A stretch of DNA of 35,965 nucleotides, taken from the NCBI GenBank assembly GCA_016928395.1, contig JAFGKV010000297.1, positions 1 to 35,965 on the forward strand, read 5' to 3'. Positions within the stretch are counted from its first letter, which is position 1. Each line of letters begins with the position of its first letter. Source of the stretch: Candidatus Fermentibacterota bacterium. Lineage in GTDB: Bacteria; JAFGKV01. Under the pieces are notes generated by a model. It was not told the origin of the DNA. It worked only from the letters and a program-made list of their open reading frames with translations, and ran no database searches. The translations under genes were made by a program, and so were the position numbers. Of this stretch, positions 16,296 to 25,974 are shown one piece after another.

Positions 16296-19023
16296 GGCGC
16301 TCGGTCTCCTCCTATGCGCGGGCGCTGCATCCGCTGACTACGGATTCGGCAAGAACAAGATCACCTACGGCCACCACGGCTGGTGGGAGATCGATGTAGG
16401 AAGCTACCGCATCCACTACCCCCAGGGGTTCGAGAAAATCGGCCAGTTCTCCGCCAGGTATGTCGATCAGCTGGCACCCGCGGTGGAGGATCTCATTGGC
16501 ATCCAAAGCAATCGAACTGTCCCCATCGTGGTCTATGGCTCTCACATGGCGTTCTTGGAGACAAGGATCCTTCCCCAGATCCTACCTGAAGGTGTCGGCG
16601 GCTTCACGGAGTTCATCCAGGGCCGGGTGGTCGTTCCCAATACCGGTGCCAGCGGTGAACTACGTCACGTCTTGATTCACGAATTGACCCACGCATTGAT
16701 GCTGGAGAAGCTTGCCCATGTCTCCAGACTCCACCGGCGCATGAGGCTCCCGTCGGTGCCCCTGTGGTTCACCGAGGGCTTGGCCGAATACGCCAGCACG
16801 GCCTGGACCGCGCAGGAAGAGATGATACTGGGGGACGCATTCCTTGACGGGAAGGTCCCCCCGTTGAGAGACATGTGGCAACTCAACGGGACGTACCTCT
16901 TGTACTGCGCAGGACACTCGCTGCTTACGTTCATGAGCGAGACATACGGCGAAGGATGGATTCGCCAGGTCCTCCAAACCCTGGGCTCAGCCGCCTCCTT
17001 CGATGAGGCCCTGGAACGAGCCACAGGCCTGAGTCAGGACGCCCTCGGCACTCGGTGGCGTCAGTGGCTGGGCGTGCACTTCGCCTACCTCCTGAGCCGT
17101 GATGAGGCCGCTGTTCGCTACGCCCGCGCCTTGCCCTCTACCGATGCGTTCTTCAGCCCCGTCGTGTGGGGCCAGACCTCCGACACCGTGGCGGTGCTCT
17201 CCTATGGCGACGGGTATGCGTCGGTGTTCACGTCGTGCACCGTTACACCCGAACGGCGACCTCGGCGCATCGTCAAGGCCGGCGGCAGGGAGGGTGTCGA
17301 GTCGTTGCACCTGTTCCGCTCGCGCTTGGGATCCAGCGGCACGGGCAACCTCGCGTTCATCGCCAAATCCGACGACCGTGACGCCTTGTACGTCGCCGAC
17401 GGACGAAGCGGCAGAATCCTGAGCAAGTGGAGACTTCCGGGCATTCGCTCCATGTCAAGCCCTTCCTTTTCACCGTCGGAATCGCTCCTGGCATTCTCTG
17501 GCATGGACACGCTGGGCATGGTTGACCTCTTCCTGCTCGACACCGCCACGGGCGCCGTGTCTCGGCTCACCCACGACGTGTTCGATGACGGTTCACCCGC
17601 ATTCAGTCCCGACGGCGCTCACCTGGTTTTCCACTCCGATAGGATGCCCGGTGGTCCGGCCCGATGCTCCAATCTCTACCTGCTGGAGTTGGCCAGCGGT
17701 GGCGTCTCTCAACTGACATGCGGACCGTATCAGGATCGGGATCCCGTGTGGTCGCCAGTGAGCGGCGACATCGCCTTCGTGTCGGATCGAGGCACGGGGA
17801 TCGGATTGTGGGCCACGGACGGACAACGCCTGCGACCGCTGGTGCACGTACAAGGTGGCGCCTTTGACCCGGCGTGGAGCCGTGACGGCAGTCGGCTCTA
17901 CTTCGCGACGTACCGGCATGGAACCTACCACGTGCATGTGGCGCGAGCGTCCGAGTTCGATGCACCCTGGACCGCGCAGGCCAGTGCCGACTGCGGAGGA
18001 TTCTGGGAGGAACCCGGGGACTCCGTGCTTCCGGTCGCCCGCCGGTATTCTCCCCGGTACAACCTCGACATCGCGAGCGGCATGCTGACCTATGACCCGG
18101 CCCAGACCGGAGGCGGGGGTGCCAATGTAGTGCTCAGCGATGTATTGGGCGAGAAGCGGGTCTATCTTCATGTCAGCAATGGCGCCGAGACGACTGACGA
18201 CTTTCTCTCCAGCTTCAATCTGGCCGTGGCCTATGCCAATCTGAGACCGCGGCTTGCCTACTCCATCGGCGTATTCAGGCTGTCCGTCACGGATCAGACA
18301 TCGATTGACAATCTCGGTTGGGAACGGCGACACAATGGCGCGGCCCTATTCCTGAGCTACCCCTTGAGTCGCTACCACCGCATGGAAGCGGGCGGCAGCG
18401 TACGGATGGTGGAGGATCTCGTCGATGGAACCCAACAAACGGAAGTGTTCGGCGAGGTGGGCTATGCTCGGGACACGGCGGTGTGGGGCTTTGAGGGCCC
18501 GTGGGATGGCACGAGACTCGGCGCCAAGCTGGAAGCCGCGGTGGACGCGGGTTCAGGAGCCTTCATCCGATGTGAGTTCTTCGCGGATGGGAGGTGGTAC
18601 CTTCGCCTCTCTCGAATGTGTACTCTAGCGAACCGTCTGCAGTGGTGGCAGAGCAGCGGCGCGGATCCCCGGCGCTTCGGCCTGGGAGGGGCTTTCAGCC
18701 TCCGCGGATGGGCCGACCACCGGATGCTGGGCAGGAAACGTCTTCTGGCCAACATCGAGCTTCGATTCCCCCTGCTCATGGGTATTCGGTTGCTGACGCC
18801 CGCGGGGGAGATGGCGCTCGGTCCTCTCAGAGGAGCGCTCTTCTTTGACGCAGGCAGAGCGTGGGACGACGACTTCCCGGGGCTGGTGGGGAGCGTGGGT
18901 GGCGGACTCCGGCTGAACGTCGGCGGATATCTTGTGCTACGCCTTGACAGGGCTGCGCGAACAGACTTCCACGCCATGCCGGGAAAGACCAGAACCCAGT
19001 TCTTCTTCGGCTGGAGCTACTGA
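16279..19023 (+). CDS. Omp85/BamA-TamA-family outer-membrane protein with N-terminal zinc metallopeptidase (MA clan) and PD40/TolB-like propeller
   Basis: Signal peptide (AASA), FGKNKI; HELTH...WFTEGLAEY; repeated SPSFSPS, SPAFSPDG, DPVWSP and DPAWSRDG; LRGW loop-6 motif, ELRFPL, ALFFDAG, GGGLR; C-terminal FFFGWSY beta-signal. Confidence 0.88.
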   Translation: MRTLGKALGLLLCAGAASADYGFGKNKITYGHHGWWEIDVGSYRIHYPQGFEKIGQFSARYVDQLAPAVEDLIGIQSNRTVPIVVYGSHMAFLETRILPQILPEGVGGFTEFIQGRVVVPNTGASGELRHVLIHELTHALMLEKLAHVSRLHRRMRLPSVPLWFTEGLAEYASTAWTAQEEMILGDAFLDGKVPPLRDMWQLNGTYLLYCAGHSLLTFMSETYGEGWIRQVLQTLGSAASFDEALERATGLSQDALGTRWRQWLGVHFAYLLSRDEAAVRYARALPSTDAFFSPVVWGQTSDTVAVLSYGDGYASVFTSCTVTPERRPRRIVKAGGREGVESLHLFRSRLGSSGTGNLAFIAKSDDRDALYVADGRSGRILSKWRLPGIRSMSSPSFSPSESLLAFSGMDTLGMVDLFLLDTATGAVSRLTHDVFDDGSPAFSPDGAHLVFHSDRMPGGPARCSNLYLLELASGGVSQLTCGPYQDRDPVWSPVSGDIAFVSDRGTGIGLWATDGQRLRPLVHVQGGAFDPAWSRDGSRLYFATYRHGTYHVHVARASEFDAPWTAQASADCGGFWEEPGDSVLPVARRYSPRYNLDIASGMLTYDPAQTGGGGANVVLSDVLGEKRVYLHVSNGAETTDDFLSSFNLAVAYANLRPRLAYSIGVFRLSVTDQTSIDNLGWERRHNGAALFLSYPLSRYHRMEAGGSVRMVEDLVDGTQQTEVFGEVGYARDTAVWGFEGPWDGTRLGAKLEAAVDAGSGAFIRCEFFADGRWYLRLSRMCTLANRLQWWQSSGADPRRFGLGGAFSLRGWADHRMLGRKRLLANIELRFPLLMGIRLLTPAGEMALGPLRGALFFDAGRAWDDDFPGLVGSVGGGLRLNVGGYLVLRLDRAARTDFHAMPGKTRTQFFFGWSY

Positions 19024-19035
19024 GAAACGCCGGCT

Positions 19036-21060
19036 GTGGGCCCGCTGGATACGCCCGTGAGACTGCTCCGCGGTGTCGGACCCTCAACGGAGAAGCTGCT
19101 TCAGCGCCTTGGCCTGCATAGCATCCGTGATCTCCTGCTTCATCTGCCCATTCGACACATCGATCGCTCCCACATCGTACCCATTTCGACCGTGCGTCCC
19201 GGCCAGGAATGCGTCCTGTCCGGCACGCTGGGGCCCCCCACTGCGATGTATATCCGCGGACGCCGGCGGGGAGCTTCCGCGTCGCTGACTGACGAGTCGG
19301 GATCAATTCGCTGCGTGTGGTTCACGGCGGCCCCATGGGTCTCCCGCTGGTCCGACATCGGAAGGGTGATTGTCTCCGGGCGCGCGTCCCGTCACAGCCC
19401 GCTGTCTCTGCTTCATCCGCAGATCGAAGAGCTGGGAGATGAACGGGATCCCTACGTGCCAGTATACGGCGTGACGGAAGGCCTGAGCCAGCGGCGGATA
19501 CGTTCAATCATCCGAACCGCACTTGATGGCCTTGCGGCCTCGGTGCCGAGCCTGGTGCCGACCGACTACGACGATGGAACCAAACTCCCGTCATTGACCA
19601 CCGCCCTTCGTGCCGCTCACTACCCATCGTCGCCGGAGGAGGGTCGAAGGAGCGCCGAACGAGTTCGCCTGGAAGCCCTCATACCACTTCAGGTAGTGGT
19701 GCTACGGCGCAAAGCGCTCCTCAATGAACGTTCCGCTCCCGCAATGACCCTGCCTGCCGACTCACTGGCTGCCTTTCTGCGGAACCTGCCCTTCACCCTC
19801 ACCAGGTCACAAGCGGATGCACTGGTTCAGATACGAAAGGATCTGGCTTCATCCCGCCCCATGCATCGGCTGCTCCAGGGTGACGTGGGCTCGGGCAAGA
19901 CCGTAGTTGCGGTGGGTGCCTGCATAGTGGCACTGACCCACGGCTACCAAGCGGCCTTGATGGCCCCCACCGAAGTGCTGGCCGACCAGCACGCCCGCGT
20001 GATCACGCCGTGGATCCGGGGCATAGGCCACCAAATCGGCGTGCTCACCGGTGCATCGTCGGCAAAGCAGCGTCGAGAGCTACACGAATCCGTGGGCACG
20101 GGTGACCCCCTCCTCATGATCGGCACCCATGCACTGCTCCAGGAATCCGTTCACTTCCGCCGACTTGGTGTGGTAATCGTTGATGAACAGCACCGGTTCG
20201 GCATCGCGCAGCGGGCCTGCCTGGCCGGCAAGGGCCAATCGCCACACATGCTGGTCATGACAGCAACTCCCATTCCCCGAAGCCTGGCCATGACCGTCTA
20301 CGGTCATCTGGATGTCTCAGTGCTCTCCGACAAGCCTACGGGGCGCAAACCAATACGAACCGCATGGTATGATAGTGCCCGGCGCACCGAGGCACTCAAG
20401 GTGTTTCGCGACCACCTGGATCAGGGAACACAGGGCTTCGTGGTGGCGCCCCTGGTGGAGGAAGCCCCGAACCGAGAGATACGAGGCGCAATCGAGCTTC
20501 ACCGCGAGCTATCCTTTGGCATCCTGAAGGGCGTCCCCACCGGGCTGGTCCACGGAAGAATGCCCGCCGCCGAGAAGGACCGCATCATCGAAGCCTTCCG
20601 CGCCGGGGAGTTTCAGGTTCTTGTCTGCACCACCGTGGTCGAAGTCGGCCTTGACGCTCCGGGGGCGGGTGTCCTCTTGGTAGACGGCGCAGAGCGCTTC
20701 GGGCTCTCGCAGCTCCACCAGTTGCGGGGACGAATCGGCCGGGGAGGGCAGGAGGGGCTGTGCCTGCTGCTTACCGGTCAGGAGATTACGGTGGAGGCGG
20801 AGCGCCGCATCAACGCCATGCTCGAAACCGCGGATGGATTTTGCCTGGCGGAACTGGATTTGGCGCAGCGCGGCCCCGGCGCTCTTCTGGGTCCGGCGCA
20901 GCACGGCATGATCGCCGGAGCTCTTACCGCCGATCCGCGGCTCGTCGCCATGGCCCGAGCCTGCGCCCTGCGCATTATGGAGCAGGGGGCGCCGCCAGAA
21001 GCCAATATTGAGGCGCTGCTTACGGAGTTTGAGGATGCCTCTGGACTGGGGGCCGGTTGA
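19036..21060 (+). CDS. recG: ATP-dependent DNA helicase RecG
   Basis: LRGVGP, wedge domain, RLLQGDVGSGKT, MAPTEVLA, DEQHRFG, MTATPIPRSL, AERFGLSQLHQLRGRIGRG, RGPG. Confidence 0.97.
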   Translation: MGPLDTPVRLLRGVGPSTEKLLQRLGLHSIRDLLLHLPIRHIDRSHIVPISTVRPGQECVLSGTLGPPTAMYIRGRRRGASASLTDESGSIRCVWFTAAPWVSRWSDIGRVIVSGRASRHSPLSLLHPQIEELGDERDPYVPVYGVTEGLSQRRIRSIIRTALDGLAASVPSLVPTDYDDGTKLPSLTTALRAAHYPSSPEEGRRSAERVRLEALIPLQVVVLRRKALLNERSAPAMTLPADSLAAFLRNLPFTLTRSQADALVQIRKDLASSRPMHRLLQGDVGSGKTVVAVGACIVALTHGYQAALMAPTEVLADQHARVITPWIRGIGHQIGVLTGASSAKQRRELHESVGTGDPLLMIGTHALLQESVHFRRLGVVIVDEQHRFGIAQRACLAGKGQSPHMLVMTATPIPRSLAMTVYGHLDVSVLSDKPTGRKPIRTAWYDSARRTEALKVFRDHLDQGTQGFVVAPLVEEAPNREIRGAIELHRELSFGILKGVPTGLVHGRMPAAEKDRIIEAFRAGEFQVLVCTTVVEVGLDAPGAGVLLVDGAERFGLSQLHQLRGRIGRGGQEGLCLLLTGQEITVEAERRINAMLETADGFCLAELDLAQRGPGALLGPAQHGMIAGALTADPRLVAMARACALRIMEQGAPPEANIEALLTEFEDASGLGAG

Positions 21061-23029
21061 CATTGGCTTTGCGGTGCGGGCGCTTACTGGTTTCCAATGC
21101 TCCCGACGGAAGGCGTCCTTGCTGCCTTAGTTGACGCTCCGTCTCCTGACGCGACGCCTCTTCGGGAAAGTAGGTTTCCGTCTGCCTCGCGAACACTACG
21201 ACATAGTCCAATGCAACCGCCTTCATGCGCAACGGCGTGCCGTCCGGTGCGCGATCCGGACGATGGGTCGAGAAACGTAGGTCCACCCGACCCACGTGCC
21301 CGGGGAGGAATTCCGGCGGCTCGAACATCAGCAGGTAGTGCCGCCATCCACCCCCCATCTCGACCTGCGTCTTGCGCCGCTTGTTGAGGTCAACGCTTAC
21401 CTTCTGAGGGAGTTTGTAGGGCTCAGCCCGAAAAATCACGACGGATGCGGGCCGGTTGTTCTCGAGCGGGAAGTTCAACCGGGCGTGAGCGCCCAGGGCC
21501 CACGAAAACGTGAATGGCCCACCCGGACCATCCGACCGTTCCAGCCTCGAATCGATGTTGTCAACGTAGTGCCCTGCAGCTTCCGCAGTGCCGATGTCCA
21601 GCCCGCCGACCTTGACGAGGCGAGTCACCTTCACCCGTGGCTTAGATTGCCCCCCCGAAGGCGTACCCTCGCATAGCCAGATGGTCGAAACTCGATCAAG
21701 GTTGGGCCCGGCGTCATACCTGGCAAGCCAGTTTTCCCCACGCACCAGATGTGCCCACTGCATCCGTGACGCAGCCCACACCATGTAGACCTTCATGTCA
21801 TCCGGCGAGACCAGCACCATATCGCCGGCTCGGACTTCTGTCTCGATGAACGAAGCCGCCTCCTCCCAGATGGATGCCTGAACCCGGGCGGACCCCGGTG
21901 GAGAACGCCACCCGAGGCCCCCGAGCACGGCCCCACAGAGCCCAAGCAGGGCGAACTCCCGGGCGTTGGGTCCTCCAGCTGAATACGGGATCAGCCGGGA
22001 GACGCCTATGCCGACAAGAAGGAGAAAGAGTGGCAAGATGGCCGCAGTCCCTCCCGTGGAGACGGCGGTGGCCGTGGTTCGGTGGAACGCAAACAGACAG
22101 GGTACGTAGAGCAAAACCAGCACAAGAAGATAGAAGGTCGGCATCACGCTCTTGGTACTGAGGAGCACTCTTCCTGTGGCCAGGGAAACGCGCTCGGTAC
22201 GAAGGCCCAACACCGCCCCGAAGACCGCCGCCAGCAACAACGGAACAAACCCCCAGACGCTGCCGGAGCCGTAGCCTCGAACGATGGCATCGTAGAATGA
22301 AGATGCCGTGATGCGCACAGGCGATGGCGGCAACTGGACGAGCCGGCCCAAGAACACGAACCATGGTGCAAAGAGCACACCCGCAAGCGCGGTGGCCACG
22401 ACCGCCTCGCCGACCGGGGGCCGACCGGGGTCTCGAGCCCGGTTCAGCTTGCTGTACCATAGAATGCTGGCGCCCAGAGCACACCAGACCAATGCGTACA
22501 GGAGCAGGCCATAGACATGCCAGTAGAGCATGAAGACCGTTGCCAGCAGGAACACCACCCACGCCCGGGAACCCTGGCGCTTCCATCCCGAAAGAAAGGC
22601 ATTGACCGCCAGAAGAAGGGCGAGAAGAAGCCCGCTGTCCGGTCCAAAGGTTCTTGCCATTCCTGCGGCCGCAGGGGAACACGCATAGACTACACCGGCG
22701 GTCATCCCCGCCATCCGCGAGACATGCCGTATGCCGAGACGGACAACCAGCACGATGGTCAGTAGACTGGCGACGATGGAAGGCAAGCGGAGCAGCCATG
22801 GATCTCTCGTGATCCTCGCCCAGATTCCCACCCCCACCCAGAAAGGCGTCGGGTGCGGCATGACCGACCCGGTTCTCATGGATGCGGCCAACTCGTCGGC
22901 GCCCAGCAAACCACCGGTCAGAGACATGATCTCCCCGTCGGATAGGCTTCCCCCGCCGGGAAGCGTGACAATCACCAGCACATGGAGTGCCAGCATCACT
23001 GCCATGAAGACCCTATCAGTCCGTTTCAT
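21020..23029 (-). CDS. GT-C membrane glycosyltransferase (GT39/GT83, ArnT/PMT-like) with C-terminal extracytoplasmic domain
   Basis: ATG 23029 after AGGAGGA; multiple TM helices; HPTPF, LRLPSIVAS, YACSP, YWHVYG, LFAPWF; soluble beta-rich tail. The 3' end overlaps the recG end by 41 nt. Confidence 0.75.
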   Translation of the reverse strand: MKRTDRVFMAVMLALHVLVIVTLPGGGSLSDGEIMSLTGGLLGADELAASMRTGSVMPHPTPFWVGVGIWARITRDPWLLRLPSIVASLLTIVLVVRLGIRHVSRMAGMTAGVVYACSPAAAGMARTFGPDSGLLLALLLAVNAFLSGWKRQGSRAWVVFLLATVFMLYWHVYGLLLYALVWCALGASILWYSKLNRARDPGRPPVGEAVVATALAGVLFAPWFVFLGRLVQLPPSPVRITASSFYDAIVRGYGSGSVWGFVPLLLAAVFGAVLGLRTERVSLATGRVLLSTKSVMPTFYLLVLVLLYVPCLFAFHRTTATAVSTGGTAAILPLFLLLVGIGVSRLIPYSAGGPNAREFALLGLCGAVLGGLGWRSPPGSARVQASIWEEAASFIETEVRAGDMVLVSPDDMKVYMVWAASRMQWAHLVRGENWLARYDAGPNLDRVSTIWLCEGTPSGGQSKPRVKVTRLVKVGGLDIGTAEAAGHYVDNIDSRLERSDGPGGPFTFSWALGAHARLNFPLENNRPASVVIFRAEPYKLPQKVSVDLNKRRKTQVEMGGGWRHYLLMFEPPEFLPGHVGRVDLRFSTHRPDRAPDGTPLRMKAVALDYVVVFARQTETYFPEEASRQETERQLRQQGRLPSGALETSKRPHRKANVNRPPVQRHPQTP

Positions 23030-23131
23030 CCCGTCCTCCTGATGTCGCGATGGGGGTGCGGTGTGCTGCGAGTACCGCAGGTCATTGCGGGCAACACGGG
23101 GGCAGAGGCCGCAAACGCATGGGCAGGAACC

Positions 23132-23160
23132 ATCTTCGGTGGTTGACCGGTAACTGTCAA
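23132..23160 (-). promoter_or_regulatory. Possible sigma70 promoter for the GT-C gene, overlapped by a palindrome
   Basis: Minus strand TTGACA-N17-GAAGAT; TTGAC-N8-GTCAA palindrome at 23143-23160. Confidence 0.4.
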
Positions 23161-23286
23161 GCCGGAATGAGCTCACCACCGGAGGTGAACACCCCACCTG
23201 TGGCCCAAGCGCGAACTCCAAAACGCCGCGGTCTTCTCGCAGAGGCACGACGATGCACCGTGAACTGCCATAAGTCACCGTCTCGC

Positions 23287-23315
23287 TTGTCAATCGGCGT
23301 CTCGTCATCTATCCT
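23287..23315 (+). promoter_or_regulatory. Probable sigma70 promoter for the FG-GAP protein
   Basis: TTGTCA-N17-TATCCT, with an AAGGAGG RBS downstream before ATG 23361. Confidence 0.5.
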
Positions 23316-23360
23316 ACGCCGCGTCGCATCGGAAGGACGCCATGGAGACAAGGAGGTACT

Positions 23361-25043
23361 ATGCAAACCGCATTCGTCTTCGTCGGTCTTCTCGTTCTGG
23401 CAGCCTCGTCCACAGATCTGGACCACGTTGCCATTCAATACCAAGCGTCCGCTGAGTTCGGTACTCCGCCCGCTGCCGATCGAAACGCACTATGGATCTT
23501 CAATGCGGCTGCGGACAACGGCGATGTGAACTGCCTTCGCCCGGTAGGCGATGTGGATGGAGACGGTCTCGTCGACCTCGTGATGACCGTGTACGACGCG
23601 GGGTATTCCTTCGACGATCTGCTGTGCATCTCGGGCGCGAGCCAGGGTTCACCCACCGTGCTGTGGTCAGTGGATTCCCAGGATGGCCTCTCCGGGGGCG
23701 GTGGCTATGGCCCGGAATGCCTTGCCGCCTCGCCTGATATGAACGGCGACTCTGTTCCGGAGGTGTTGTACGGTACCGCGTGGGGCGGCCGAACCTTCTA
23801 CTCCCGTTCCGGCTCATCGGGCGATTCCCTGTGGTTTCTCGACACCTATGATGTCCCGCCGTCCGGCTGGGTGTATCAGGTCGCTCCTTTCATCGACATC
23901 ACCGGTGACGGAACCCCCGAGGCGTTGGGTGCGGTCGGCAAAGACGCCAACTCGGTCTTCTGCGTCGACGGCGCCTCATCCGGCCCCGCCACGGTCGTGT
24001 GGTCGTTCCAGGCGCCGGATGGCTTCATGAGCGTTGCTGTGCTGGGCGATGTAACCGGCGATGGCGTCCCTGAGGTGGTGGCCGGCAACGGCACAAACTA
24101 CGAGGATGACCGTGTGTTCTGCATCGCCGGGGCTGCATCCTGGCCCGGTTCCCGCCAGATCTGGGCCGTCTCGACCGGAGGCGTGGTGCGCAGCGTTGCC
24201 GCCATGCCGGATCTGAATGGCGACGGCATACCCGAGGCGCTGGCCGGCTCGTCCAACAGCATGGTCCGCTGCCTCTCCGGGGCGGATGGTTCTGCGCTAT
24301 GGACCCGTCATGTCGGGTATTCCGTCATGAAGGTCGCCCTCCTGGAAGATCAGACCGATGACTCGGTGCCGGAAGTGCTAGTGGGCTGGTGGGAAAATGC
24401 GATCCTCTGCCTCGACGGCGCCACAGGCGCGACCCTGTGGTCGACCCCGACGGAAACGACAAACGGCGGTGATGTGTGGACCGTGGCGGCCATCGGCGAT
24501 CTCGACGGTGATTGCCGCCAGGATGTCATCGCAGGATCCTTTGACACAAAGGTCTACGCCGTTCGAGGCGCAGACGGAGGTATTCTGGGCACATTCTCCA
24601 CCGGACGAAGGCTGTACTTCGTCGGCCCCATGCCCGATGTTGACGGTGACGGCCTCGACGAAATCCTCGCCGGTACCCAAGGGCTGTACGGTAGCATCGC
24701 CTCGGGGTACTGCCTTGCCGGGGCCGGATTCGCGCCGCTTCGCATCACCGCCTCGATCCAGGACGGGACGGTGGTCCTGAACTGGTCTCCCCATCCCGCT
24801 GCCGGCGCATACTGGGTGTATGGCGCCTCAGATGTCCCACACTTCGAGCCCGGGCCGGCACCTGAATTCGAGCACCGCCTGGCGGTGTTGCGCCCGAACC
24901 ACCACACATGGGCCACCACCAACGGCGTGCTTGACGTGGAGGAAAATTGGTCGTTTCTGGTAATGGCAGTGACAAGCACTGGAGTCGAGCTGATGCGCTC
25001 GCGCCGGGTGGCGGAGTTCGACTACTCCACTGATATTCCTTGA
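23361..25043 (+). CDS. Secreted FG-GAP/VCBS-repeat beta-propeller protein with C-terminal beta-sandwich domain
   Basis: Signal peptide; eight D-x-x-G-D-type Ca-binding repeats (DVDGDG, DMNGDS, DITGDG, DVTGDG, DLNGDG, DQTDDS, DLDGDC, DVDGDG) with 'CLxGAxG..LW' blades. Confidence 0.85.
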   Translation: MQTAFVFVGLLVLAASSTDLDHVAIQYQASAEFGTPPAADRNALWIFNAAADNGDVNCLRPVGDVDGDGLVDLVMTVYDAGYSFDDLLCISGASQGSPTVLWSVDSQDGLSGGGGYGPECLAASPDMNGDSVPEVLYGTAWGGRTFYSRSGSSGDSLWFLDTYDVPPSGWVYQVAPFIDITGDGTPEALGAVGKDANSVFCVDGASSGPATVVWSFQAPDGFMSVAVLGDVTGDGVPEVVAGNGTNYEDDRVFCIAGAASWPGSRQIWAVSTGGVVRSVAAMPDLNGDGIPEALAGSSNSMVRCLSGADGSALWTRHVGYSVMKVALLEDQTDDSVPEVLVGWWENAILCLDGATGATLWSTPTETTNGGDVWTVAAIGDLDGDCRQDVIAGSFDTKVYAVRGADGGILGTFSTGRRLYFVGPMPDVDGDGLDEILAGTQGLYGSIASGYCLAGAGFAPLRITASIQDGTVVLNWSPHPAAGAYWVYGASDVPHFEPGPAPEFEHRLAVLRPNHHTWATTNGVLDVEENWSFLVMAVTSTGVELMRSRRVAEFDYSTDIP

Positions 25044-25083
25044 AAGAGCACGCCGTCCACATCGCGACAAGAGAGGATGGGGT

Positions 25084-25956
25084 ATGCCGTTTTCCATGAT
25101 CGTGCTGGCCAAGCAGGTTCCCGACACCGCGAATATCACGGGCGAGGCGATGAAACCTGATGGAACCGTCAACCGGGGTGCACTCCCCGCCATTTTCAAC
25201 CCAGAGGATCTCAACGCACTGGAAATGGCTCTGGCCATACGTGACCGTCACGGGGGCCATGTGACCGTGATGAGCATGGGACCACCGGCAGCGGCGGAAG
25301 TGTTGCGCGAGGCCCTGTTCCGCGGGGCAGACCGAGTGCTCCTACTGACGCATCGCCTCTTTGCCGGAGCAGATACGCTAGCCACCTCATACGCCCTGGC
25401 GCGTGCCGTCGCCACCGCGGGCGTCCCCGATATCATCCTCTGCGGCAGGCAGGCCATAGACGGGGATACCGCCCAGGTAGGGCCGCAGGTTGCCGAGAAG
25501 CTAGGCATACCCCAGGCTACGTATGTGGACGACGTCGTGGATCTGGAGGAAGGCGGCATCGTGGTGTCGCGATCCACCGATCGAGGTGTGCACATCCTCC
25601 GCATGCCCCTTCCGGCATTGTTGACCGTGGTCTCCACCGCGAACAATCCCCGGCCTCCCAGTGCGCGGCGAGTCATGGCCTTCAAGAAGGCCAGAACCAG
25701 AAACGAGCTGATGGGTTCCACCCAGGATTACCTGGAAATCGATCAGTTGGAGAGCCAGGGCCTCCTCATCGAGGAGTGGGGTGTCGATATCATTGGGGCA
25801 GAACCGGGACGATGTGGGATAGGAGGCTCCCCCACAAAGGTGAAGAAGGTGGCCAGTGTCGTGATCTCTCCGCGGGAGGTAAAGCGGGTTGAGCCGACTC
25901 AGCAGGGTATCTCGTCTCTGGTCGACGAACTCATCGCTGAGCACATTCTGAGCTGA
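25084..25956 (+). CDS. etfB: Electron transfer flavoprotein beta subunit
   Basis: KQVPDT, NPEDLNALE, SMGP, FAGADTLATS, GRQAIDGDTAQVGPQ, GSPTKV. Confidence 0.96.
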   Translation: MPFSMIVLAKQVPDTANITGEAMKPDGTVNRGALPAIFNPEDLNALEMALAIRDRHGGHVTVMSMGPPAAAEVLREALFRGADRVLLLTHRLFAGADTLATSYALARAVATAGVPDIILCGRQAIDGDTAQVGPQVAEKLGIPQATYVDDVVDLEEGGIVVSRSTDRGVHILRMPLPALLTVVSTANNPRPPSARRVMAFKKARTRNELMGSTQDYLEIDQLESQGLLIEEWGVDIIGAEPGRCGIGGSPTKVKKVASVVISPREVKRVEPTQQGISSLVDELIAEHILS

Positions 25957-25974
25957 GGCGCCCGAGGAGGATAC

